A stretch of DNA of 63,102 bases, counting the filler, from Stramenopiles sp. TOSAG23-3 (lineage: Eukaryota), in NCBI GenBank assembly GCA_900128585.1. It is 13 parts of 13 records of this genome, joined end to end, with 100 filler letters (N's around TTAATTAATTAA, not from the genome) between each part and the next. Parts side by side here need not be neighbours in the genome. Positions count along the whole stretch, not along the records: positions 1 to 6,427 come from LT643323.1; positions 6,528 to 12,944 come from LT643324.1; 11 more parts are not named here. The stretch is one strand, 5' to 3'. Both the position numbers and the translations under genes were made by a program. The notes beneath the pieces are model-generated. The model worked only from the letters and a program-made list of their open reading frames with translations, was not told the DNA's origin and did not search any database. Shown here piece after piece: positions 1 through 10,212 of this stretch. Numbering within the stretch: the first letter of the stretch is position 1; the number at the start of each line of letters is the position of its first letter.

Positions 1-2
1 CG

Positions 3-1022
3 GAAGAGGCTACGACTGTAACGCTCCCCCTTGCACGAAGCATGGCGTGCAGTTGGGACCAGATCAGATTCCACGCCATGCGAATTTCGTGCGATTTCGT
101 TATCAAGCAGCAGTATACCGATTTTTCAGAGTTTGTTCCCTGCTCGGTTCCTGCAGGCTTACTTCCAAGTGAAACGCCAGAGTTTAATCCGCCGATGATC
201 TTGCAAGACAGTCCAACGTTGATGTGTACAAAAATAAATGGCCTATTTGATAAACGCTTGTGCACTGAAATTCACGTGACGACCGACAACGGAGAAATGC
301 TGGAGTTGTACCCTAGCCTTGGGAAACATGACATTATCCCATCATTTGTAAACAATAGAGTCTTCGTTTACTTGAGCGACCTGGACGTGGCGATCCGGTC
401 GCTGCCTGTGGAAACGACAGCACCGGGAATTATCGAACCCATTCAACTGTGCTTGTTTTACGGGAAAACAATAAAAAAAGATCCGGTGAAAGTAACAAAA
501 ATCGAATTTCGGGTAAAGCGCAAACGGATGAATCGGTTAAGGAGCTGGCTTGTCTCGCCAAAGTTACCGGCGTGGGACAAGTACGCGAACAGTCTGAACG
601 AGAAAGCATGTGCAAATTCAAACATACTAGAAGTCGTGGATAAAATAAAGTCACTCGTGACCAACGAAGAGCTTAAGGAATTTTCACGTTTGAAAAAGCC
701 ATCGAAAGCCGCATTACTGTGTTTGACGCAGACCGTTCAAGGGGCGACTGGAATCCTTGAAGTTTCCGGTGGGTGGAAGGCGGCACAAAAGCAAATAAAA
801 AACGGTGTTTTGCTCCGAGCAGTGCTGTCGTGCAATTTGATGCATGTAAAGAGTACGAACTACGTGGAGGAGTTTTTAGGAAACCCGTCAAACAAAATAA
901 AGAGTTTATTCGCCAGTCCGAGTATTGCTGTAAAGTTACTGATGGAGTGGATTGTTGCTGTTGCCAAATGGAGGAAGACCATGTTAAAGCTGAAACCTGT
1001 CCCGTCATTGTCGCATGTATGA
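3..1022 (+). CDS. 5'-partial hypothetical protein with C-terminal dynein heavy-chain microtubule-binding (stalk-head)-like domain
   Basis: Frame is open from the window start (first ATG at 42). C-terminal ~120 aa (EELKEFSRLKKP...GWKAAQKQI...VEEFLGNP...SIAVKLLMEWIVAV) follow the dynein MTBD pattern E-[LI]-K-x-x-x-x-P...W-x-x-A-K...L-C-x-W-V-x-A. No AAA motifs in the visible part. Confidence 0.5.
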   Translation, partial: EEATTVTLPLARSMACSWDQIRFHAMRISCDFVIKQQYTDFSEFVPCSVPAGLLPSETPEFNPPMILQDSPTLMCTKINGLFDKRLCTEIHVTTDNGEMLELYPSLGKHDIIPSFVNNRVFVYLSDLDVAIRSLPVETTAPGIIEPIQLCLFYGKTIKKDPVKVTKIEFRVKRKRMNRLRSWLVSPKLPAWDKYANSLNEKACANSNILEVVDKIKSLVTNEELKEFSRLKKPSKAALLCLTQTVQGATGILEVSGGWKAAQKQIKNGVLLRAVLSCNLMHVKSTNYVEEFLGNPSNKIKSLFASPSIAVKLLMEWIVAVAKWRKTMLKLKPVPSLSHV

Positions 1023-1213
1023 CGTTAATTATAAATTAAGTGAGAAGTTGTACAATGATAATATGATATTAGTGTGTAATATTTACGACGAAGTAGATAA
1101 ACTGCGAAATACTAAAACGTTTTTTTTCCTTCCTATTTTTTTCTTTTGATTGATGAATATGTACACCACCGTGCTGGCACGCGGATCAATTAATTCTCCT
1201 CGCCCAGGCTTTC

Positions 1214-2074
1214 CTATTTCCCAATTCCGTCGCTGCTTTTGAGCACCCATTTCTTCTTTGCTCGGGAGTACATTGCAATCCTTTCCAACGACGGCCTGAG
1301 CCTTGCCTCCGAGAGGTTGAGCATTTCCATGAGCTTGTTTTTCGTGAAGCCTTCCGAGTCCCTTTCGAAGAAGTCCAAAAGTTTGCCGAGAATCTCGCTG
1401 TCCGTCATCGTCATGTTGTTCCTCGTTCCCGACTTTGGGTAAGTGTTCACCCCGCTCCCCTCCGCATCCTTTCTGTTAAGTTTCATGGCTGGTATCTCCT
1501 CGTTAAACATCAGCACATTGTTCTGCGTTTCGGTCACGTCCCCATCTTCCACAAACTTGAGCGAGGAGGCCCCGGCATCTTTCACGGACGTTTTCCGCAG
1601 CATTCCCACGCCAAACGACCGCTGGCCTCGAAACTGGCCTTTTACGTAGCCTTGAACAGCGCACTTCTGCTCCTTGTTCCTCGACACAAAAAAGACCCTC
1701 TCGGCATGCTCGCGCCTGGTAAATGTAAATTGCAAATCGGAAAGTTCGTGTTCGCACTTGCTCTTTGTCGATTCCGAGAACTTGAGGAAGGCCGGCCCGT
1801 CCGACGGGTCTTCGCACGTCGTTAGCGTCCCGACGACTAACGGGTTCGCTTTAAACTCTGCGGTCTTGTTTTTGTACTTGAGGAATTCCATGGACCTCTT
1901 GGGAAGTTTCACGATGAAAAGTTCCGAATTTTGATTTCTTAGCTTAAGGTCCGGCTTCTCCCGCGCGGGACGTTTCACGAACGGTTTGTACTTTCGTTTT
2001 TTAAACGCGGGCCGTCTCCCATTGTTCGCTTGATTTCGTTTACGCTTGAAATCGAACTTCTTCTTCGGCGGCAT
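1214..2074 (-). CDS. GTF2F2: General transcription factor TFIIF beta subunit (RAP30/Tfg2)-like
   Basis: N-terminal LFIVKLPK resembles RAP30 VWLVKVP. C-terminal winged helix ILGKLLDFFE...LMEMLNLSEARLRPSLERIAMYS...KWVLK matches the RAP30 tail. Start taken at the first ATG (MPPKKK). Confidence 0.7.
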   Translation of the reverse strand: MPPKKKFDFKRKRNQANNGRRPAFKKRKYKPFVKRPAREKPDLKLRNQNSELFIVKLPKRSMEFLKYKNKTAEFKANPLVVGTLTTCEDPSDGPAFLKFSESTKSKCEHELSDLQFTFTRREHAERVFFVSRNKEQKCAVQGYVKGQFRGQRSFGVGMLRKTSVKDAGASSLKFVEDGDVTETQNNVLMFNEEIPAMKLNRKDAEGSGVNTYPKSGTRNNMTMTDSEILGKLLDFFERDSEGFTKNKLMEMLNLSEARLRPSLERIAMYSRAKKKWVLKSSDGIGK

Positions 2075-2769
2075 GGTGGTATTGGATGACTCTGAGAAGA
2101 TGCGTTGTGTTGACAATTGTATCGTTCCGTTTCTGGCTTTCTTCCTTTCTTCCGTTCTTCTTGTTTCCTTTCTCTTGTCTGATTTCTTCCTATTTCATTT
2201 ACTTGTTTACATTCGTGTTTCTTTTCTCTACTATTTATCAAAAAATAATAATACACCAGTAAAATTAGCTTCTCATCATCATCATCTCAATAATTATTAT
2301 AAGTTTCTTTCTCTTCTTCCAATAAAAAATAATACACAACAAACAACATGCAACATTTTCTTATACCAAGAAGTATATTATTTTAATTTAATAAGGAAGG
2401 ATCAATACTCCTTCCTCCTTACTCGTCACTCGTACGCTCGTATGGCACACAATGTAATAATTTAGATAAAAAGGTTAATATTTTATACCAAATCCAGATA
2501 TAAAATAAGAAGTAAGAAGACAGGAGGAAAATAGAAATAATTATTATTATTAAAACATACACGCACACACAAGCTATTCAATGTGTATTAAATATCTATT
2601 TTATTTATATTTTTCTTCTTCTTCATGAAGTTGAATTATACTTGTATCAACCTATTGCCATAAACTAATAAACGTATAAATAGGAGACGCTATTAATACC
2701 CTATTCTTAACAAGAACTTTCTGGTTCACTCTATTAAATAATTTTGTCTTTTTTCTTTTTTTCTTATTT

Positions 2770-3376
2770 TTTGGCGGTGAAAACATGAAAATGGATTTGT
2801 ATTGTATTGTACTTTTATTTAATGTTATTTATATATAAATATGTATAGTTAATTTTCACAAAGCAGACAACGAGTACCTGAAATACTGTATGAATGCTGT
2901 ACGAGTGAGTATACTCCTTGTAATGTCATTAATACCATTGTAATAGGGCTGGACAAAATAATCCAATATTAAGGATATATATATATAGAAATAATATATA
3001 TGCTGTGTGTATGTAAAGATGTATATTTTATCACTTTTTAATTCTATTTTTATATTAAATGATTTCATCTAAATCCCTTCATCTACAATGACCTTATAAT
3101 TCCAAATGGTCTCATTTCGTTATCCCTATATACATATATCCTTAATTTTAAAGGTGGCTGGCTTATCTGATCCGTCCCCTGAATTACATTATCACATTGT
3201 AAAGCTATATACATATTTTAACATTTTTATTTTAAAAAAATAAAAAAAAGATCGAATTTCTACCTAATAATCCATCCATCCTACAGAAGATAACATAGAG
3301 GACTTAATAATAATATAGATATAGCATGGTAATTACCCAGTAGGTAAGCAAAAATTTGAGTAAATAGATTTGGCGG
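2770..3376 (+). promoter_or_regulatory. Two E2F-consensus sites (TTTGGCGG at 2770-2777 and 3369-3376) in the divergent TFIIF-beta/CDC45 spacer
   Basis: Exact matches to TTTSSCGS in an otherwise very AT-rich spacer upstream of CDC45, an E2F-regulated replication gene in other eukaryotes. Function is inferred. Confidence 0.3.
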
Positions 3377-3465
3377 CAATTCACTTCTCTTAAAAAGTAT
3401 AGTACTATTTATATATTAAAAATGTAATGTTATGACTATATTAATTATATAATAAAATAACGACA

Positions 3466-3770
3466 AGAAGAAGAAGAAGAAGAAGAAGAAGAAGAAGAAG
3501 AGAAGAGAAGGAAGAATTCAATAATAATAAAAAAAAAAATTAATAGAAATAATAAATAAAAAAAATTCAAATAGCTGAGGATATTTAAGTTAATTCTATT
3601 TTAAAGAGTTCCTACCGGTACTTCGTATTCACTAATCTAGTAATGATTACTATCCATAGTATTTAATTCTTTTGGGAAGAAACGGAACGAGATTATATAT
3701 TTACTGTATATATCTGTTTTGCAAAGTGTGACGAAAACAACGAGGTAGAGAGAGAGAGAGAGAGAGAGAG
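3466..3770. repeat. (GAA)n tract at about 3466-3499 and (AG)n tract at about 3748-3770
   Basis: Directly visible. Confidence 0.9.
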
Positions 3771-3884
3771 AAATACGAACGTACGGAGGTGGTATTCAAC
3801 TTCGAGGCAAAGTTTGTATTGCTTGCTTGAGAGTGCGGTTGTTGGAACGAAAGTGCGAAAGAACAGAGACATCGGCAAAGGACT

Positions 3885-6269
3885 ATGTTGTGGCCAAAGG
3901 AAGAGTATGACACGGCGTTTAAGAACATCAAGAGCTGCTCCCTGCTCGGGGGTTCGACGGCGCTGATCTTGGTGAACGCCACAACCGACTCCGTGTGTGC
4001 CTGCAGGATTTTGACGCAGCTGATGCAGCAAGAGCAAATTCCATACAAAATTAAAGCGGTGGGCAGCAACGACGACCTGAAAGCCGTCAGCCAGAGCGAC
4101 ATTGTCACTGACGACGAATTACAGACGGTAGTTCTCATCAACTGCGGGGCGATGATAGACTTGGCCGAGGACTTTCCGCTCGGGGAGACGACCGTGTGCT
4201 ACGTGATCGATAGTCGCAGGCCGGTGCATTTGAGCAACATTGGCGACAGCGACAGGCGCTACATTGTATTTTCCGATACTCTCTTGAACGAAGATGAGAT
4301 TCCTAGTGACATAGACGACACAAGGTTTTTGCGAGAAGGGGAGCGGCCTGTGCTGGACGAACACGGGAGTGTGCTCAAGGATAGGAACGGCAACGACGTC
4401 GTCGAGGCGTTTTTTTACTATTTGGACGGCCAGGGGAACGTCGTCGAGGAGGGCACGGAGCGCTTGGCCGACCGGAGCCGGAAAAGGGGGGGATATTTTG
4501 ACGATTCTTCGGACGAAGAGGATTTTGAAATGCCGGAGCAACGGTTCCAAGCCAACAGCGAGGCGGTCACCCCGGGGGGCGTGGCGCCGGGGCAGCAGCC
4601 GTCCAAGCGCCAGAAAACAACGGGCGGGATAAGTAACTTTTTTAGTAGCACCAGGGACGGGAGCAGCGCCTCGGAGCAGCAGTCGCCCACCGTCACGGGG
4701 GCCCTTCCCCCGGTCAGCCAGGCAGGGGAGAGCGATGGTGATGCGGAAAACCTCAGGGCCACCAACCCCCAGGGCGACGAGAACAACGACGTGGACGCCG
4801 GCGCCCGCGGGGACGACGAGAGTGGGGATGACGACGACGAAGAGACGGCGGCGCGCCCGGACGGCGCGGGGTCCCTGGCGCTGGCCGTTGCGTCGACCCC
4901 GGAATTCAACGCGAAACGGAACATCAACAGGAGGGACTACACGCGCATGAAGATCGACGAGCAGAGGCAGTACTACGTCGGAAGCTACTACGGGATGCCA
5001 TCCGCCTGCGTTATGTACGAGCTGGCGCGGCAGCTGAACCGCGACACGAATGACCTGCTCTGGATGGCCCTGGTTGGCTTAACCGACCATTACGTGCATG
5101 ATTTGATAGACCATGACACGTACGCCCACCTCGCCCAAGAGTACCGCCAAGAGGTGGTAGGCAAGAACTCCGAAGGGAGCCGGTTCACCCAAAACGCGGA
5201 AGGCGAGAACATCCCAGTGTCCGAAGCGGGGAAGATTTCGTTTACGGAAGAGTACCGATTCATGTTGCACCGGCACTGGTCCCTTTACGACGCGATGTAC
5301 TACAGCCGCTTCGTTTCCTCGCGCTTGAACATTTGGAAAATGGGCGGAAGGGAACAACTGAAGACCTTCATGGCCAAAATGGGGGTCAGCCTGAAAGAGG
5401 CCCAGCAGAATTTCTGCTACATGAGCATGGAGCTCAAAAGCCGCCTCCGGGACAAAATCGACGAGTACGCGGAGGAGTACAACCTGAAGGACATAGTGTA
5501 CGGGTCCTTCACCCGCTTGTTTGGGTTTGGGCACGTTTTTTCCGCGGCAGACTACGCCTTTGCAATCATGGCAGAGCTTGAGTGCGGCGGGGGGAGCAAC
5601 GCCGAGATGCTGGATGCAAAACAGCCGATGCGGTTGACCCTTCCCCAGGGCGGAGGGGTGGACCGCACCACCACCGAGCTTCAGCTGCAGGACTTTCGCT
5701 CGAAGCTTTCCGTGTTCGAGACTAAGCAGACGGAGCGGCGGTTTAACGCCGCGTACGGCATCGTCTCCAACGAGAACGTAGACACGCTGGTCCATTGCAT
5801 GAAAGCGTCGATGGAGGTCCAGCGCGCGGTCATTCGCCAGGGGATCGCAGTCATCGAACAGAAGAAGCTGGTGAACGCTGGGAAGTTTCGGTACACCTAC
5901 GTGGAGAACATGTCCGACGGGGACATTCAGTACTTTCAGCGCCCCGCACTGCTGACCAAGCTGGGGCTGTGGCTGGTAGAGGCAGCGCGGGAAGCTGGGA
6001 AACGGCAAGGGCGCGGGAAGCTTCCCATTGTCCTCTGCGTCTTGAACGAGATGAGGGGGAACTACCAGTGCGTTGGGGTAACCTGCCCGGAAGAGTTTGG
6101 GGCATTAGAGAAAAATAGTTTTGGGAACGCTTTCAAAAAGGCCGCCGAGCAAGTGAAGGTGCGGTACAATGCGAGCACGTTCGAGGCCTCGAGTGTTGAA
6201 GTCAAGAAGGACGACATTGTACGATTCATCGAGAGTTTGTATTTGGTAATGGAGGAACTCGACGAGTAA
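3885..6269 (+). CDS. CDC45: Cell division control protein 45 (CMG helicase component)
   Basis: DSVCACRIL, LINCGA, VIDSRRPVHLSN, long acidic insertion, LLWMALVGLTD, RFMLHRHWSLYDAM, AKMGVSL, NSFGNAF...FEASSVEV are all CDC45 signatures. Intronless. Confidence 0.97.
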   Translation: MLWPKEEYDTAFKNIKSCSLLGGSTALILVNATTDSVCACRILTQLMQQEQIPYKIKAVGSNDDLKAVSQSDIVTDDELQTVVLINCGAMIDLAEDFPLGETTVCYVIDSRRPVHLSNIGDSDRRYIVFSDTLLNEDEIPSDIDDTRFLREGERPVLDEHGSVLKDRNGNDVVEAFFYYLDGQGNVVEEGTERLADRSRKRGGYFDDSSDEEDFEMPEQRFQANSEAVTPGGVAPGQQPSKRQKTTGGISNFFSSTRDGSSASEQQSPTVTGALPPVSQAGESDGDAENLRATNPQGDENNDVDAGARGDDESGDDDDEETAARPDGAGSLALAVASTPEFNAKRNINRRDYTRMKIDEQRQYYVGSYYGMPSACVMYELARQLNRDTNDLLWMALVGLTDHYVHDLIDHDTYAHLAQEYRQEVVGKNSEGSRFTQNAEGENIPVSEAGKISFTEEYRFMLHRHWSLYDAMYYSRFVSSRLNIWKMGGREQLKTFMAKMGVSLKEAQQNFCYMSMELKSRLRDKIDEYAEEYNLKDIVYGSFTRLFGFGHVFSAADYAFAIMAELECGGGSNAEMLDAKQPMRLTLPQGGGVDRTTTELQLQDFRSKLSVFETKQTERRFNAAYGIVSNENVDTLVHCMKASMEVQRAVIRQGIAVIEQKKLVNAGKFRYTYVENMSDGDIQYFQRPALLTKLGLWLVEAAREAGKRQGRGKLPIVLCVLNEMRGNYQCVGVTCPEEFGALEKNSFGNAFKKAAEQVKVRYNASTFEASSVEVKKDDIVRFIESLYLVMEELDE

Positions 6270-6427
6270 ACGGCGTTAAATTAAATTTGTGATACTCGAT
6301 ACTCGTATCTTTTTATTCATATGTGAAGAATTACTGCAATTTTGTTTTATTTTAAATTAATAAAAACAAAAAATTGGCTGTTATTTCGCAGTAACAGCCA
6401 TTTTCTTATTTTTATTTTTTTAATAAA

Positions 6428-6527
6428 NNNNNNNNNNNNNNNNNNNNNNNNNNNNNNNNNNNNNNNNNNNNTTAATTAATTAANNNNNNNNNNNNNNNNN
6501 NNNNNNNNNNNNNNNNNNNNNNNNNNN
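6428..6527. other. Artificial contig linker N44-TTAATTAATTAA-N44; identical linkers at 12945-13044, 19462-19561, 25974-26073, 32472-32571, 38961-39060, 45448-45547, 51923-52022, 58398-58497, 59575-59674, 60751-60850, 61927-62026
   Basis: Identical 100-nt spacer with stops in all frames. The fragments between linkers decrease monotonically in length. Confidence 0.98.
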
Positions 6528-7050
6528 TGCCAAATAATTAAATTTCGGTAAATAAACAAACAAGCCACCCAGTTCTGATATTCGGAAAAAACTTGTGCTC
6601 AAATATGTAATAATTTTGTACAAATCTTCTGAAATTGTCGTGCACGCCCCTCGCCGTGCCTGCTGCTGGTCACCTGTGCCATCGCCGCGGCTCCAAATAA
6701 ATACAAAAAGAAGGCCTTATTATAATAATTTATAGTACACCACAGTACCACAGTAGTATATATATATTTAGTTTTTTCTATTAGTGCACACCACAGCATC
6801 GAAGTGACATTAACGGCTTTTTGATTTGTTTTTGCGACGATATTAATTTATTTACTGCTGTGTTTATGTCAATAATTTTTCTGTACTTGTTTTATACAAA
6901 AATCAGAAGATCTCGTATCAAACAAAATTACTTGAATTGTATATATATATTGAATGATGGCCAATAGATGTATTAAAATATCACTAAAACCGTAAGCAGA
7001 CATTTGTCTATTAACTCAACTATAAGTATACATACAGTTCGACCCATCAG

Positions 7051-8586
7051 TCAGGCCGAAAAGAACAAATCCACGAAAGGCCGGCTGGCGTGTTTCTTGG
7101 CTTCTGCGAAAGCGTCGAAAATTTCTTCGTGAAACTTCGGCACGTCCATATTTGACAACATCCTCCAGCACGGATGCATCGGAACTTGTGCTGCGTCACT
7201 TTCTTGCCCCTTGCTGCTGCTTCCCGACTGGAGCAACCGCTTCGCATCTTCGATACTATTTTGGTTCTTGAGCCGTGGCTTGCCTGGAGAGTAATGTGCT
7301 TTTTCTAAACGGTATCTGGCGTACTCACCATGAACGAACCGCTGCCTCTCGTGTTTTAAAATGCGGCGAAGACTGTTTGTTCGTGATGTGTTTGAAGGCT
7401 TAATTATTTGAGTCTCTTTCTTTCGCTTGCCAACTGCATTTAACAATTGTTGGATGTGTTTCTTGGAAGACATCCTGTACAAAGACTGCGCAGACCCCGC
7501 ATCTTCGCCTGCTGGGGGAACGCGCCTTTTGAAATCGATCAAAGCCAAAAGCTTTTCCTGGGTTTTTTCCCACCGCTTGGTCAACTTGGCAACTTCTTGT
7601 CGGCCTTCGTTCAATATTTTGTTATCACGATCCAACTCAGACTCTTCGGTGGACATGTGTCGTTGCTCGTTCTTCTTGGACGATCCCATGTTTTTTTGAG
7701 GGTCCCCCAACAAAACGATGGAATCCCAGATTTTCCCGAGACAAATAAGTCTGGCTTTTCGGCATCTCAAGAAGTGTCTGGCGTGCCGCTGAATTCGAAT
7801 GATTTTGTATCGATAAGACTTTACTATACTGGCGAATTGAGAATCATCCTGGTGATCTCGAAAAAAACTTCGAATGATGCCGGCAAAGCGCTTTCGTTTT
7901 GTAGTTCTTAAGTTTAGCCTAGCTTTCCATTCATACCTAACCAGTATTTTTGCTACAGTCTCGTACTTGACTTTCATCTTGTTGTTGTAATGCCTTCGAT
8001 GGGCATTCTGAATAGTTAATACTGCTTGCGACATTTTTTTGTGATTCTCTGCATCAGCTTTTTTGTCAAGGACATGAGCCTTCAGTTTATGTATGCTTGC
8101 AGCAATTGCAACCAATTTCAACCATTTTTTTTGCCGCGACTCATTTTCCCCTTTTTCGCGGACGGCAGAAATTCGTACTTTCTTGTCTTCTAGATTTTTT
8201 AACAGTTTTGCTCTCTTGTCTGCTTCCAGTAAAATTCGACGGTCTTTTGCGTTCTGTGCCTTTTCCCCCCACGCTTTGTTGGACGGTTTGATGGTTGATA
8301 ACGAAGGCAAACTTTTACGGACTTTAATCCCATGTTCGGCGTTGTGCAAATCTTCTATCGATTTTTGCATTCGTCGAACTGAGGACGGAACGGCCCTAAT
8401 TTTTGGTAGTTTGTCTACGGAAAACGTATGACGACCCTGGTGTCGTGAAAACGTATTTTTAGTATCCCCACGGGCAGTCGATGTTGTCTCGGCCACAGTT
8501 TCTGCGCGTTTGATTGCAGCCATTAGAGTTTGGACGCTCTGTCTTTTGCGAACCTTCCCAGCTGTGAGCATGGGTGGAGGTATCAT
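7051..8586 (-). CDS. Basic coiled-coil protein with IQ-like calmodulin-binding motifs
   Basis: 511-aa ORF. AVLTIQNAHRRH and IIRIQRHARHFL resemble IQ motifs. Lys/Arg-rich helical sequence. Confidence 0.55.
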   Translation of the reverse strand: MIPPPMLTAGKVRKRQSVQTLMAAIKRAETVAETTSTARGDTKNTFSRHQGRHTFSVDKLPKIRAVPSSVRRMQKSIEDLHNAEHGIKVRKSLPSLSTIKPSNKAWGEKAQNAKDRRILLEADKRAKLLKNLEDKKVRISAVREKGENESRQKKWLKLVAIAASIHKLKAHVLDKKADAENHKKMSQAVLTIQNAHRRHYNNKMKVKYETVAKILVRYEWKARLNLRTTKRKRFAGIIRSFFRDHQDDSQFASIVKSYRYKIIRIQRHARHFLRCRKARLICLGKIWDSIVLLGDPQKNMGSSKKNEQRHMSTEESELDRDNKILNEGRQEVAKLTKRWEKTQEKLLALIDFKRRVPPAGEDAGSAQSLYRMSSKKHIQQLLNAVGKRKKETQIIKPSNTSRTNSLRRILKHERQRFVHGEYARYRLEKAHYSPGKPRLKNQNSIEDAKRLLQSGSSSKGQESDAAQVPMHPCWRMLSNMDVPKFHEEIFDAFAEAKKHASRPFVDLFFSA

Positions 8587-9568
8587 GGTTGCAGTGGAAA
8601 CCTCAATGTGAAAACAGTAGCAGCAGTGTGATGTATTTCAAAGCACGGTAACCAGAAACGAAACCTGTCAACTTTAAATCTATTGAGCTTTCCCCCTTTG
8701 CTAAGTTTTAATGAACTGGTGGTAATTGTGACTGCAAAGCGTTGTTTTAGGCTTGTTCCCCTTGTGTTAGATGGAGTAATCAATATTTAACATTTGATTT
8801 CTCGTAATACATACAGCAAAGAACAGTTCAACTTCTCTTCTTTCAATTTGTCGTTCTACTCTCCTCCTCTTCTTCGCTCGTCTTTTCTTTCGTTCGTTGC
8901 AGTTGTCGTGTTGTTCATGATGGTTGGCTGTACTTTTTACTTTCTATTTACCCGCCTGTTCTGAGGTGGTCCTCAACTCTCTTTAGGAGCAAAAAAAGAA
9001 CTTTACGGGAAACTTCCACATTTAAGCATTCAAGTAAAGAAGTGAAAACAAATAACAATACTCACAAATGTCCTATTGAAATACAAAAAAAGAAAATATC
9101 CTTATTGAATAACTAAAGAAATAAGAAATCTGGAAAAACTCTTAGTTAGTCTAGCCTTCATTGAATCATTGAATTATTATTACATCCCACCATCGGAGGC
9201 AGTTATTTATTATTTATATTTTATTATTACTGTATATATATTAGATCATTAACAACGAACAATACAACAACAATCTTTTCAAATCGAGAACTCAACAATA
9301 TAAAAATAACAACAAAGAACAACAACAAAGAAGAAGAACGCGCAACACAACAACAAGCAACAAACAAATGTTTTGCAAAATTAATACTGATTGATGAATG
9401 AGAAACAACTAACTTCTTTCTACCTTCTCTTTTTCTGGCATTACATTTATAGTTGAAGTGCTTATCCCCAAACACTAGTGCTGTAAATACCATATGGAAG
9501 CGGTAGTCACTATATCAAATTAATCAAACAGAGAAATCGTTAAAAAAAAACGATTCAACTATATCTAT

Positions 9569-10075
9569 ATGGCAGAGGTTGTTGAAACGGATGAGGAAGT
9601 TTCTGCAAAACTGAATGTGCCACTCGCAGCTGTAAAAGAATGCCGGGAAATGTTTAACTTGATCGATCTGGATGGGGGCGGCAGTCTCGACGCAGAGGAG
9701 ATGATGAAGTTAATGGACTTAATGGGAATGATGGCTCTGGAGAGTGAAGTACAGGAATTAATAGAAAAGATCGATCAGACCGGAGAGGGCGAAGTTGTCT
9801 TCTCAGATTTTGTGCGAGTCACGACGCAGAGTGTAGACACAGACTATACAGCAAAAGACGTGTGTGAGGCGTTTGACTTTTTCTCGAAGTCGAAGCGCAG
9901 AAAAGCGGGCCACGTCACGGGTGCTGATTTGCGTGAAATTCTTACCCAATATGGAGAAGATACCTTCACGAAAGAGGACGCCGAGGAGCGTATCTCAAGC
10001 ATCCCCGGGGTAAACTCTGGTACGTTAGATAGAGAAGTAGATATTCGCTCTTTTGTTGAAAGCACCATGTTTTGA
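9569..10075 (+). CDS. Calmodulin/centrin-like EF-hand protein
   Basis: EF loops DLDGGGSLDAEE and DQTGEGEVVFSDF. C-lobe (EAFDFF...GHVTGADLREIL) is degenerate. 168 aa. Confidence 0.88.
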   Translation: MAEVVETDEEVSAKLNVPLAAVKECREMFNLIDLDGGGSLDAEEMMKLMDLMGMMALESEVQELIEKIDQTGEGEVVFSDFVRVTTQSVDTDYTAKDVCEAFDFFSKSKRRKAGHVTGADLREILTQYGEDTFTKEDAEERISSIPGVNSGTLDREVDIRSFVESTMF

Positions 10076-10212
10076 GACAGAGAACGTGCAACGTATCGAG
10101 GCGACAGGCTCTAATCTAAAACTTCCGCGCGCGTGTATTTTAAAGCCGGTACGAACGTTAATATTATTGTAAATTTTACATATTAAGCTCAACCATAATT
10201 TAACAGCATGTT

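Noticed and set aside
4119-6008. Long antisense or alternate-frame ORFs over GC-rich genes (also 13809-14756, 42764-43951, 42823-43740)
   Set aside because: Shadow ORFs expected from high-GC codon usage on the opposite strand of well-supported genes; no motifs.
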